From NCBI GenBank assembly GCA_045606105.1, contig JAZURI010000006.1, forward strand, positions 1-24,764: a DNA stretch of 24,764 nt, read 5' to 3'. Positions within the stretch are counted from its first letter, which is position 1, and every line of letters starts with the position of its first letter. The position numbers were made by a program, and so were the translations under genes. This DNA comes from Spirochaetia bacterium (GTDB lineage Bacteria > Spirochaetota > Spirochaetia > CADAEX01). Below the pieces are notes generated by a model. That model was not told the origin of the DNA. It saw only the letters and a list, made by a program, of their open reading frames with translations, and searched no databases. This document shows, in pieces, positions 15,620 to 24,571 of this stretch.

Positions 15620-18005
15620 CTTTATTCCTTTTAATGAGTTTCATTGTATCGAGAGCTTTTTTTACAGCCTCTACTCCGTTGGCTGCATAGCCTGCCCCTA
15701 TGGATTCGGCCCATTCTGCAGTAACCACCGCACCGCCCACCATGAATTCGGCATTGATTCCCGCATCCCGCACTGCCTTGATGACTTTCGGCATCCGTAC
15801 CATGGTTGTGGTCATGAGGGCGGAAAGGGCAATTATTTCCGGCTCTGTTTCCAGGGCCCTGGCTACTATTTCGGAGTCTTTAACATCCTTGCCCATGTCA
15901 ATGACCTCAAAACCGTAGTTTCTCAGCATAAGGATTACTATGTTCTTGCCTATGTCGTGGATATCCCCTTCTACGGTGGCAAAAAGGATCCGTCCCGGCT
16001 TCTCTCCGGTCTCCTGTCCCAAAAGCGGCTCCAGTATGGTAAAGGCCAGCTTCATTGTTTCTGCCGATGCTATGAGCTGAGGGAGGAAATATTCCTTCTT
16101 TTCATAAAGGTCTCCCACCTTGATGATGGCAGGAATCATGATTTTTTCCAGGAGGTGGCCCGGAGTGAGACCGGCTGCCAGGGCATTGCTTACCGCCCCC
16201 TTGATATCGTCCCTGATGCCGTTGATTATTCCGTTTTCAATCTGAAGCTGTGGCGGTGCCTGGTCGGAGGCTGCAGCTGCCGGCTTGGATGAGGTACCGG
16301 AGAACCGGGCTACATAGACGCTGCCGTCGTTATCCTTTCCGCAGAGAAGGTCTGATGCCATCTTGATGTTTACTAGTATCTCCTCCGACGGGTTGGCTAT
16401 GGCATGGGTAAGACCCGCTTTTACAGCCATGGCCAGGAAGGCGCTGTTTATCCATTTCCTTTCAGGAAGTCCGAAGGAGATGTTTGAAAGTCCGAGTACT
16501 GTTCCGAAGCCCTGTGATGAGGCCCATTCCAGGGTCTTCAGTGTTTCCAGGGGAGCCCTGCTGTCGGCGGAGACTGTCATGGTCAGGCCGTCTACCAGGA
16601 TATCCTTCGGGGTGAAGCCGTATTTTTCGGCCTCTGCATATATTTTCTTTATTATTTCGATTCTTTCTGCGGCAGTTTCGGGAATCCTGTTGTCCATTAT
16701 CGGAAGCAGGATGAACATGGCACCGTATTTTGCCGCTGCAGGGAGAAGCTGCTTCAGTCTTGTCTCCTCGCCGGAGATGGAGTTGAGAAGTGCCCTGCCG
16801 GGATAGTATCTCAGTGCTTTTTCGGCAGCTACCGGGTCTGTTGTATCTATGACAAGGGGAAGGCTGTTCTGGGGTGCAATCAGGGAAATCATGTTGAGAA
16901 GAGTTTTTTCCTCATCGATTCCCGGCATTCCCGCATTGATATCGAGAAGGGATGCACCGCAGCTTTTCTGGTCTCTGGCCATGGCCTGTACGGTGGCGAA
17001 GCTTCCCTCCCTGAGCTCTGCCTGGAGCTTTTTCTTTCCAGTAGGGTTGATTCTTTCACCGATGATTGCCACCGGAGAGGTGCTGTCTGTTATCAATGCT
17101 TCCCTGGCGCTTGTTACGGCCATGTATTCCCGCCGGGGAATTTCTGTAAGGGGAGCCCCTTTTATAAGCCTAGCCAGTTCTCTTATATGATCCGGAGTGG
17201 TACCGCAGCAGCCTCCGATAAATTCTGCACCTGCCTTGACAAATTCAGGACCGTAGGAGGCAAATTCCACGCTTCCCATAGGAAATCTTGTTCTGCCGTT
17301 TTCCACGAAAGGGATTCCTGCGTTGGGCTTTGCAAAAAGAGGAACCTTGGCCAGGGGTCTCATTCTCCTGACTATTTCCAGCATTTCGGCAGGCCCTCCG
17401 GAGCAGTTGCAGCCCACGGCATCGGCACCCAGGTTCTGGAGTGTTATGATGGCAGCCTCCGGAGTGGTTCCGTTAAGGGTACGCCCTGTTTTTTCGTAGG
17501 TCATGGAGACTATGGCAAAGGCATCCGGGGCTGTTTCCTTGATTGCCAGCAGAATGGCTCTGGCCTCCTGGATATCCAGCTGGGTTTCCACCGCAAAGAA
17601 ATCCACATCGGCTTCCAGCATTCCCCGTACCTGTCTCTTGTACAATTTTACCGCATCGTCAAATTCCATCTCTCCGAAGGGCCTGATGAACCGGCCGCAG
17701 GGACCGATGGAGCCTCCCACCGGAATGCCTCCCGATGCCTCCTTGGCAAAGGTCACCAGCTTCCTGTTTATCTCCTCGGTTCTCTCTTCGGCGCCGTATT
17801 CCGCCAGCTTCACGGGATTTGCCCCGAAGGTGCCGGTCAGTATCACATCGGAGCCGGCTTCCGCATAGCATCTGTGGATATCCTTCAGGACCTCGGAGTG
17901 GTCCAGGACCCAGAGCTCCGGACATACACCGGAAGGCATTCCCCTTTTCTGAAGCTCTGTACCGATGGCACCGTCAAGAATCTTTATCTTTTTGTCTTTA
18001 ATCAT
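15606..18005 (-). CDS. metH: Cobalamin-dependent methionine synthase, Hcy/folate/B12 domains only (no reactivation domain)
   Basis: LDGAIGTEL, GCNCS and GGCCGTTP Zn ligands, IIGERINPTGKK, LGLSNISFGLP, GDIHDIGKNIV, SALMTTT. Confidence 0.95.
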   Translation of the reverse strand: MIKDKKIKILDGAIGTELQKRGMPSGVCPELWVLDHSEVLKDIHRCYAEAGSDVILTGTFGANPVKLAEYGAEERTEEINRKLVTFAKEASGGIPVGGSIGPCGRFIRPFGEMEFDDAVKLYKRQVRGMLEADVDFFAVETQLDIQEARAILLAIKETAPDAFAIVSMTYEKTGRTLNGTTPEAAIITLQNLGADAVGCNCSGGPAEMLEIVRRMRPLAKVPLFAKPNAGIPFVENGRTRFPMGSVEFASYGPEFVKAGAEFIGGCCGTTPDHIRELARLIKGAPLTEIPRREYMAVTSAREALITDSTSPVAIIGERINPTGKKKLQAELREGSFATVQAMARDQKSCGASLLDINAGMPGIDEEKTLLNMISLIAPQNSLPLVIDTTDPVAAEKALRYYPGRALLNSISGEETRLKQLLPAAAKYGAMFILLPIMDNRIPETAAERIEIIKKIYAEAEKYGFTPKDILVDGLTMTVSADSRAPLETLKTLEWASSQGFGTVLGLSNISFGLPERKWINSAFLAMAVKAGLTHAIANPSEEILVNIKMASDLLCGKDNDGSVYVARFSGTSSKPAAAASDQAPPQLQIENGIINGIRDDIKGAVSNALAAGLTPGHLLEKIMIPAIIKVGDLYEKKEYFLPQLIASAETMKLAFTILEPLLGQETGEKPGRILFATVEGDIHDIGKNIVILMLRNYGFEVIDMGKDVKDSEIVARALETEPEIIALSALMTTTMVRMPKVIKAVRDAGINAEFMVGGAVVTAEWAESIGAGYAANGVEAVKKALDTMKLIKRNKDENR

Positions 18006-18006
18006 T

Positions 18007-18597
18007 TCAATTCACCCCTGTAACTGCTATTACCGATTTTTCCGGAATCAGAATACAGCTTTCCGAAAGCTTTATATCCAGACTCTCCAGATTCAGGAGC
18101 CTGTGGAAAATTCTCTGTGTTTCCAGACTGAAATCCCCGTATCCCGGTGAAAACCTCTTTCTGCTTACGGAACGGTTTTCCCGCTTCAGCATGATTCCGG
18201 CATATTTTACCAGCCAGTCCAGACCGCAGTCTGTGATTTCGCTGGCTGCTGCATCAAAGATAACGGCCTTTTCCATGTTCTCCTTCTGGAGCTCTCCGAT
18301 GATTCCGGTTATCTCTCTGCCTGAGGTGGCAGCCATGACCATTACGGAAGAGGCTGTTTCGGGCAGTCTTGAAGGAAGGGTACCGGTGATAAGGTCGCCG
18401 GTGGAAAGGAGTATGCCGTTTTCGGCCGGTGTGAAAGGGAAAATGGAATATGTCCCCTTCAGGGAGATATGGGAGGCGGCCTCCTCAATCACATTCCTGA
18501 TTATATCCAGCCGGCAGCTGAGTACGGAAGAAGTGCTTTTCCTGTAGCCCAGTCTGGAAAGAATGCGGTTGTAAGGGATTTCGTAGTTTATCTCCAT
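18007..18597 (-). CDS. Stand-alone methionine synthase AdoMet-binding reactivation domain
   Basis: MAAT.G, DAAASE, RFSPGYGDFSLE.Q, LIPEKSV.AV.G; lies 1 nt upstream of metH. Confidence 0.9.
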   Translation of the reverse strand: MEINYEIPYNRILSRLGYRKSTSSVLSCRLDIIRNVIEEAASHISLKGTYSIFPFTPAENGILLSTGDLITGTLPSRLPETASSVMVMAATSGREITGIIGELQKENMEKAVIFDAAASEITDCGLDWLVKYAGIMLKRENRSVSRKRFSPGYGDFSLETQRIFHRLLNLESLDIKLSESCILIPEKSVIAVTGVN

Positions 18598-18677
18598 AGC
18601 TTATTATGTCATATTTTTTTAAATGTATAAACTACTTTGTTGCTTTTGGATTCTCTTCGTGATAGTATATTTTCATT

Positions 18678-19706
18678 ATGACAAACAGACTCAAAATTTT
18701 TAAAGGAATCTTGATTTTCCTTTTCGGTGTGGTGCTGTCTGTCCCATGTATGTCTCAGGAGGCAAAATTGAAAGACGGATTGTATGCAAAAATAGTTACA
18801 ACAAAGGGTGATATCCTTCTTACCCTTGAATTTGAGAAAGTTCCTCTTACAGTAATGAACTTTACAGGTCTGGCCGAAGGTAAGATCAACGGCGGAAAGG
18901 GAATCGGAACACCGTTCTATGACGGACTTAAATTCCACAGGGTAATCGACAATTTCATGATCCAGGGCGGATGTCCCAAGGGTACCGGAACAGGCGGCCC
19001 GGGCTACAGCTTCCCGGATGAATTCGACAGCTCTCTCAAGCATACCGGCCCGGGAATCATTTCCATGGCCAACAGCGGTCCCAACACCAACGGAAGCCAG
19101 TTCTTCATCACACATGTGGAAACACCTTGGCTTGACGGAAAGCATGCGGTTTTCGGTCATGTGGTAGAGGGTCAGGATGTGGTAAATGCCATCAGACAGG
19201 GTGACAGGATCAATAAGATCGAGATTATCCGCGTAGGTGAAAAGGCTGAGAAGTTCGCAAATGACGATGCAACCTTCAAGGCTGAGGTAAAGGAATTTGC
19301 GGCAAAGGCACAGGCAAAGTTTGCAGCCAAGCTGGAAGCTGACAGAAAGCTGGTTGAAGAAAGATATCCTGATGCAATCAAGACAGAATCGGGACTCCGC
19401 TACATTGTAAAGAGGGAAGGAACCGGAAGTGCATCTCCAAAGATGGGACAGAGAGTTCAGACTCACTATCAGGGAACTCTTCTTGACGGTACAATGTTCG
19501 ACAGCTCATATCTCAGGGGACAGCCTCTTGTTTTCCAGGTAGGTCAGGTTATCCAGGGATGGAACGAAGCACTTATGTCCATGAAGAAAGGGGAAAAGAG
19601 AACTCTTATCATTCCGCCTGAGCTGGGATACGGTGCTCATGGTGCCGCAGGAGTTATTCCTCCTCATGCATATCTTATATTTGAAGTGGAGCTGCTGGAT
19701 TTCTGA
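18678..19706 (+). CDS. Exported dual-family PPIase: cyclophilin plus FKBP fusion
   Basis: Signal-peptide-like N-terminus; [40 protein letters not shown]; [43 protein letters not shown]. Confidence 0.95.
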   Translation: MTNRLKIFKGILIFLFGVVLSVPCMSQEAKLKDGLYAKIVTTKGDILLTLEFEKVPLTVMNFTGLAEGKINGGKGIGTPFYDGLKFHRVIDNFMIQGGCPKGTGTGGPGYSFPDEFDSSLKHTGPGIISMANSGPNTNGSQFFITHVETPWLDGKHAVFGHVVEGQDVVNAIRQGDRINKIEIIRVGEKAEKFANDDATFKAEVKEFAAKAQAKFAAKLEADRKLVEERYPDAIKTESGLRYIVKREGTGSASPKMGQRVQTHYQGTLLDGTMFDSSYLRGQPLVFQVGQVIQGWNEALMSMKKGEKRTLIIPPELGYGAHGAAGVIPPHAYLIFEVELLDF

Positions 19707-19707
19707 T

Positions 19708-20325
19708 TCAGGCTCTGTTTTCCATGGCCTTTCTCTTTTCCTCCGCTCGCTTGAGCATGACGGAGAGAAGGGCTGATATCATGGCTGTACAGGCCCGGAG
19801 CCTGTCCTTCCGGGAAAAGCTTCTTGCTTTTGCAGCCATGGAAATCTTTTCCCACTGAAAAAATATCTCAGGAATAAAGCTTATGGTCACGGCAATTGCG
19901 GGAATCGGATCTGTTTTCCGAAGAAACGGAAAAATTCTGCAGATTCCTTTCCAGAGGTCTTCAAGTCCGTACTGAAGCTGGATGGAGGATGTGGTTTCAA
20001 ACATGACCAAGGCAGCCATTGCGGTTACGGCCAGCCTGAAGGTGTAAAGAAGTCCCTCCTGAAGCTGATCCGGCCCTGAAAGAAGCCTGAAAAGTGTTAT
20101 CATGAGGCCGATAACAGGAACAAAGGCCAGCTTTCTGACTCTTGAAAGGGGAATTCTGCCTAAACGGTAGAATATTACCGGCGGCAGGGCCCAGAGCAGC
20201 ACCCATGGAAAAGAGGCTGCAAAGGCGGCAACCGAAATGATGCACAGAGCTGCCAGCTTCAGCAGGGCAGGGGCCTTGTGTACGGGTGTATTTCCCTTGC
20301 GGTAGCTGAAAAGAGCTACATCCAT
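19708..20325 (-). CDS. ECF transporter transmembrane T component (BioN/CbiQ-like); start revised to ATG 20325
   Basis: YRKGNTPVHKAPALLKL, ETTS, FIPEIF, A.KAR and AMENR coupling motifs; start overlaps the ATPase 3' end. Confidence 0.85.
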   Translation of the reverse strand: MDVALFSYRKGNTPVHKAPALLKLAALCIISVAAFAASFPWVLLWALPPVIFYRLGRIPLSRVRKLAFVPVIGLMITLFRLLSGPDQLQEGLLYTFRLAVTAMAALVMFETTSSIQLQYGLEDLWKGICRIFPFLRKTDPIPAIAVTISFIPEIFFQWEKISMAAKARSFSRKDRLRACTAMISALLSVMLKRAEEKRKAMENRA

Positions 20326-21032
20326 AGCATATCCTTTACAGAGGTGTATGAGACGAGAGGATTTCTGATTCCCCATTTTTCGGTTCCCAGATTGAGTCCC
20401 TCCTGAGGAGGTCCGTCAAAAACCAGCTCTCCCTTGTTAAGAATCATGAAACGGTCTGCCAGGGCCAGGATTTTTTCAAGCTCATGGGTAAGGACAATAA
20501 CGGTCCGGCCCTCCTCTTTGAGCTCCTTCAGAAGGGTACAGACCTGTCTGATTCCGTCCCAGTCCAGATTGGCAAAGGGCTCGTCAAATATGAAGATACT
20601 GCATTCCAGAGCTGTGATTCCGGCCACGGAAAGCCTTCTTTTCTCACCGCCGGACAGAAGCCGTGCAGGGGAGGAGGCCTTGTGCTCCAGATTGAATTTC
20701 TTCAGAAGCGAGGCAGTCAGGGTCCTGATTTCATCCTTGGAGAGGGATGTGTTTCTGAGTCCGAAGGCAATATCCTCCTCCGGGGTTTCTCCCAGAATCT
20801 GTGCATCCGCATCCTGAAAAATAAGTCCGACCCGTGTCGATTTATCCTTTATGATGCTGCCTGAATCGCTTTTTTCAAGACCTGCAATTATGGACATGAG
20901 AACACTTTTTCCCGATCCGTTTGCACCGCCGATAACGATGAATTCACCCTTGTCCGCCGAGAAGGAGACATTTCTGAGGGCTGTGGTATTGCCGAAGGTT
21001 TTGGTTATGCTGCAGACTTCAAGAATTTTCAT
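20316..21032 (-). CDS. ECF/ABC transporter ATPase (BioM/CbiO-like)
   Basis: GANGSGKS, FQDADAQI, LSGGEKRR, FDEPFANLD, LTHE. Confidence 0.93.
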   Translation of the reverse strand: MKILEVCSITKTFGNTTALRNVSFSADKGEFIVIGGANGSGKSVLMSIIAGLEKSDSGSIIKDKSTRVGLIFQDADAQILGETPEEDIAFGLRNTSLSKDEIRTLTASLLKKFNLEHKASSPARLLSGGEKRRLSVAGITALECSIFIFDEPFANLDWDGIRQVCTLLKELKEEGRTVIVLTHELEKILALADRFMILNKGELVFDGPPQEGLNLGTEKWGIRNPLVSYTSVKDMLWM

Positions 21033-21565
21033 TTTTTCAGATACGCTCCGATTATGTTCCTGAATTTTCCGGCAAGAAAAACTGTAAGCACCAGCTTTAT
21101 CAGATTACCCGGAAGAAACGGGAGTATGACTGCGGCTGCAGCCATGGAAAGGGTGCTTTCGGTTACCTTTGCAAAACCGACCGCTCCCGATACAAAAAGT
21201 ATGATATTGGCTGTAACTGCGGCGGCGATGATGACTGCCAGTTTTCTTCCCCCGGAACTGTTTTCGGTGATAAGCTTCATGATGAGACCGGCCGCCAGGG
21301 CTGAAAGAAGATAACCTACCAGGAATCCGCAGGTAGGGCCGCCGATAAGGACATACAGACCCCCTTTCCCCGAAAATACCGGAAGTCCCAGAATTCCCAG
21401 GAAGAGAAACATGAGAACTGCGGCGGCTCCCCGGACCGGTCCCAGAAGCATACCTGCAAGTATGGCAGCCATGTCCTGTATGACTACCGGAACTCCGGCC
21501 GGGAGCGGAATCTGGATAAAGCAGCCTGCACATATAAATGCAGCAAAGAGAGCTGTATAAATCAT
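21029..21565 (-). CDS. bioY: Biotin ECF substrate-binding component BioY
   Basis: ALFAA, VPVVIQ, LGILGLPVFSG..GG, GPTCGFLVGY, PFLPGNLIK. Confidence 0.92.
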   Translation of the reverse strand: MIYTALFAAFICAGCFIQIPLPAGVPVVIQDMAAILAGMLLGPVRGAAAVLMFLFLGILGLPVFSGKGGLYVLIGGPTCGFLVGYLLSALAAGLIMKLITENSSGGRKLAVIIAAAVTANIILFVSGAVGFAKVTESTLSMAAAAVILPFLPGNLIKLVLTVFLAGKFRNIIGAYLKK

Positions 21566-21608
21566 ATCTACTGATAAATTATCTTAATGACACAGTTTGG
21601 TCAACGAC

Positions 21609-21637
21609 TTGTTATGCTCTCCTTTTTAGGCTATTAT
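21609..21637 (+). promoter_or_regulatory. Putative sigma70 promoter, leaderless MFS gene
   Basis: TTGTTA-17-TATTAT, 6 nt, then ATG 21644; back-to-back with TTGACC on the minus strand (21599-21604) for bioY. Confidence 0.6.
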
Positions 21638-21643
21638 TCAGAT

Positions 21644-22987
21644 ATGAAAAATAACAGGATTCCACTGTCTGTACAGGTTATCTACGGAATCGGGGTAAGC
21701 TATGCGGTCTTTGACCAGATTTTTGCCCAATGGGTTCTTACCTATTATCTTCCGCCGGGGAATTTCAGCTTCTCAGCCTTCATGTCTCCTTTGTTCATTG
21801 CTCTGGCACTGATAATATCCAGATTTGTGGATATGGTTTCCGATCCGCTGGTAGGATTCTGGTCCGACAGGTGCAGTACCCGCTTCGGCCGCCGTATTCC
21901 CTTTATTTTTCTGGGTGCTCTTCCCCTTGCCTTGAGTACGGTGGCTTTCTTTTATCCGCCGAAGGGGGGAGGGGCGGACTCCTTTCTGTTCCTGGCCTGC
22001 ACAGGAAGCCTTTTCTTTATTTTTTACACAATAGTAGGGGCTCCGTACAATGCCCTTATTCCGGAGCTGTCCGCCACCAGGGAGGACCGGCTCAATCTTT
22101 CCACCTGGCAGGCTGTATTCAGGCTTGTCTATTCGGCTGTAGCCATGATTCTCCCCGGTATACTTATTTCCGTTCTGGGAAAAGGGGATGATGAAAAGGG
22201 TCTCCGTATAATGGTAATGCTGCTGTCAGCCTTTGCATTTGTGGGACTGATGGTTGTCTCCTTCGGGATAAATGAAAGAAAATATTCGGGAGGAAGGGTT
22301 TCCGACTGCAGTCTGAAAGGCTCCATGAAAACCATTTTCGGGGAAAAATCCTTTGTCAGATATCTGGGAGGACTGACCTTCTTTTTTATCGGATTCAATA
22401 TTTTAAGAGCCTCCATGAATTATTTCGTGGTGGATATAATGGGATGCTCCGTGGCTTCTATTACTCTGGTATCAGCACTGTTTTTCGGAACTGCGGCGCT
22501 CTTTTTCTATCCTGTAAGGAAAATTTCCTATAAACTGGGCTACAGGAAGCCGATGCTTGCATCCCTGATAATGCTTGTGGTTCTGAGCTTATCTCTTTCC
22601 CAGCTGGGAAAGATGCTTCCTGCTGTCTGGGGCTTCGCCATCTTTACCCTGTGCGGTATTCCGGTGGCCGGTTCTGCATTCATTTTCCCACAGGCAATGC
22701 TCAGTGAGATAAGCGCCTGTGTTTCCGAGAGTACGGGAAAGCCTATCGGAGGTCTTTTTTTCGGAATCCAGGGCTTTTTCCTGAAAATGGCATTCCTGGT
22801 TTCAATTGCGGTGCTTCCGGCTGTGCTGGTGTGGGACGGCTCGGTTCCGTTTCTGCAGATGATGATAAGCGTACCGGAGCAGCCTGAGGCAGAGGGAATT
22901 TACAGAAGTGCCCTGACTGCAGGACTCTGTTTTGTGATTTCCTTTATTTTTTATTGGCTTTATAAGGAGAAAAGAGCTGATGTGTGA
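21644..22987 (+). CDS. MFS transporter, glycoside-pentoside-hexuronide (MelB-like) family; start revised to ATG 21644
   Basis: SRFVDMVSDPLVGFWSDRCSTRFGRRIPF, PYNALIPELS...DR..LS; about 12 TM helices. Confidence 0.88.
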   Translation: MKNNRIPLSVQVIYGIGVSYAVFDQIFAQWVLTYYLPPGNFSFSAFMSPLFIALALIISRFVDMVSDPLVGFWSDRCSTRFGRRIPFIFLGALPLALSTVAFFYPPKGGGADSFLFLACTGSLFFIFYTIVGAPYNALIPELSATREDRLNLSTWQAVFRLVYSAVAMILPGILISVLGKGDDEKGLRIMVMLLSAFAFVGLMVVSFGINERKYSGGRVSDCSLKGSMKTIFGEKSFVRYLGGLTFFFIGFNILRASMNYFVVDIMGCSVASITLVSALFFGTAALFFYPVRKISYKLGYRKPMLASLIMLVVLSLSLSQLGKMLPAVWGFAIFTLCGIPVAGSAFIFPQAMLSEISACVSESTGKPIGGLFFGIQGFFLKMAFLVSIAVLPAVLVWDGSVPFLQMMISVPEQPEAEGIYRSALTAGLCFVISFIFYWLYKEKRADV

Positions 22988-23537
22988 TGATGTGAAGAAA
23001 AATATTGCCATGCTCAACAACCGGGCATTTGAACTTTCCGAGGAGGAAAACTATGTGGAGGCGGCTGAATGCTGCAGCAAGGCACTTGCCCTCTGTGCTT
23101 CAGTTTCGGTACCCGATTCCATGAGAGCCAGGATTCTTTTCAACAAGGCCATGGTTTTCATAAAAATGGGAGAGGTGGACCGCGGAACGGAAATCCTGAA
23201 AACCGCATCGGATCTGGTGCCTGAGGATGCAGCCTTTCTTACCGACTGCGGACTTCTGTGCTATAACAACCAGTGCTTCTGCGAGGCCGGTTTTTACTAT
23301 AATCTGGCAGAAAGGACAGGGCAGCTGGGAGGAGCTCTCCTTAACAATATCGGAGTGCTGAACTTTACCAACGGAGAATATGAATCGGCCCGGAATTATT
23401 TCGAAAGGGCGACGGAGGCAGACAGGGGAAGCCTGGATGCATGGTTCAATCTGGCCGATACCTACGAGATTCTGGGAGAGAACGAGAAGGCTGAGGCTGC
23501 GAGAAAGGTATATCTTGAGCTTGAAAAAGGGAAATGA
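22980..23537 (+). CDS. Tetratricopeptide repeat protein
   Basis: TPR-like units LNNRA...EAAECCSKAL, LLNNIGVL...ARNYFERA, AWFNLADTY. Confidence 0.85.
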   Translation: MCDDVKKNIAMLNNRAFELSEEENYVEAAECCSKALALCASVSVPDSMRARILFNKAMVFIKMGEVDRGTEILKTASDLVPEDAAFLTDCGLLCYNNQCFCEAGFYYNLAERTGQLGGALLNNIGVLNFTNGEYESARNYFERATEADRGSLDAWFNLADTYEILGENEKAEAARKVYLELEKGK

Positions 23538-23567
23538 AAAGAGGTACTATATTTTTTTTTCATAATA

Positions 23568-23576
23568 TGCTATAAT
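23568..23576 (+). promoter_or_regulatory. Extended -10 promoter of adk
   Basis: TGcTATAAT; SD AAGGAG upstream of the ATG. Confidence 0.6.
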
Positions 23577-23606
23577 TAAATTTAATATAAATTAAGGAGT
23601 TAACGA

Positions 23607-24281
23607 ATGAATATTCTTATTTTCGGACCTAACGGAAGCGGCAAGGGAACACTTGGCGCAAAAATAAAAGAAAAATATCCGGTTGCACACATTGAATCAG
23701 GTGCTATCTTCAGAGAAAACATCAAGGGCGGAACAGACCTGGGAATGCAGGCTAAGGCTTACATCGACCGCGGAGACCTGGTTCCGGACGAAATCACAAT
23801 TCCTATGATCCTCGACAGACTCCAGAAGGATGACTGCAAGGACGGATGGCTCCTCGACGGTTTCCCAAGAAACAAGGTACAGGCTGAAAAGCTTGACGAA
23901 GCGCTCAAGGCTAATGGAATGAAACTCAACTACGTTGTTGAAATTCTCCTCGAAAGAGAAATTGCCAAGAACAGAATCATGGGTAGAAGACTCTGTGCAA
24001 ATGACAACAACCATCCAAACAACATCTTCATCGACGCTATCAAACCAAACGGAGACGTATGTCGTGTATGCGGCGGAGCTCTTTCTGCAAGAAACGATGA
24101 CCAGGATGAAGGCGCAATCACAAAACGCCATGACATTTACTACAACACAGAGAGCGGTACACTCGCTTCTGCTTACTACTTCAAGGACATTGCTGACAAA
24201 GACGGTTTCAAGTATGTAACTCTCGACGGAAGCAAGAGCGTTCCTGAAGTTCTCGCTCAGATGCTTGAGGCTCTTGAGTAA
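23607..24281 (+). CDS. adk: Adenylate kinase with C-x5-H-x15-C-x2-C metal-binding LID
   Basis: GPNGSGKGT, HIESG.IFR, GDLVPD, WLLDGFPRN, GRRLCANDNNHPNN...CRVCGG, R.DD. Confidence 0.96.
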   Translation: MNILIFGPNGSGKGTLGAKIKEKYPVAHIESGAIFRENIKGGTDLGMQAKAYIDRGDLVPDEITIPMILDRLQKDDCKDGWLLDGFPRNKVQAEKLDEALKANGMKLNYVVEILLEREIAKNRIMGRRLCANDNNHPNNIFIDAIKPNGDVCRVCGGALSARNDDQDEGAITKRHDIYYNTESGTLASAYYFKDIADKDGFKYVTLDGSKSVPEVLAQMLEALE

Positions 24282-24305
24282 GATATAATTATACTGTGAA
24301 GTATG

Positions 24306-24337
24306 AAAATCCCCTGTGAATGCAGGGGATTTTTTTT
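24306..24337. terminator. Intrinsic terminator, probably bidirectional
   Basis: AAAATCCCCTGT-gaat-GCAGGGGATTTTTTTT between convergent adk and Rpn. Confidence 0.9.
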
Positions 24338-24346
24338 ATGGGCGGG

Positions 24347-24571
24347 TCAGAGCGCCGCTATCTGCTCCGGGGAAAGGCCGGTGATTTCCGATATGGTTTC
24401 TGACGGAATATTTTTTGCCTTCATTCCGCGGGCGGCCTGTTCAAGCCCTTGTTCCAGTCCTTTCTCAAGGCCTGTGTCATAGGAGGCAAGGAGTCCCGAC
24501 TGGTAATCCAGCTCCCCCTTGATTCTGCTTTCCTGTATGGCCCATTCCTTCAGATCCTTGCTTATGTTCAT
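24347..24571 (-). CDS. Candidate nested in-frame small Rpn protein (RpnS-type), 74 aa
   Basis: GGAGGA (24578-24583), 6 nt spacer, in-frame ATG (24569-24571) giving MNISKDLKEW...EQIAAL. Confidence 0.55.
   Translation of the reverse strand: MNISKDLKEWAIQESRIKGELDYQSGLLASYDTGLEKGLEQGLEQAARGMKAKNIPSETISEITGLSPEQIAAL

Noticed and set aside
18598-18677. SAM or cobalamin riboswitch upstream of the metH operon
   Set aside because: Only 80 AT-rich bp shared by divergent promoters; no room or conserved motifs
14675-19466. Long antisense ORFs (14675..15415, 15507..16292, 17187..18023, 18609..19466)
   Set aside because: Shadows of the MBL, metH and PPIase genes; no protein motifs
21565-21604. BirA or BioR operator upstream of bioY
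   Set aside because: Only a short TATC-N4-GATA palindrome; it matches neither TGTTAAC-N15-GTTAACA nor TTATMKATAA
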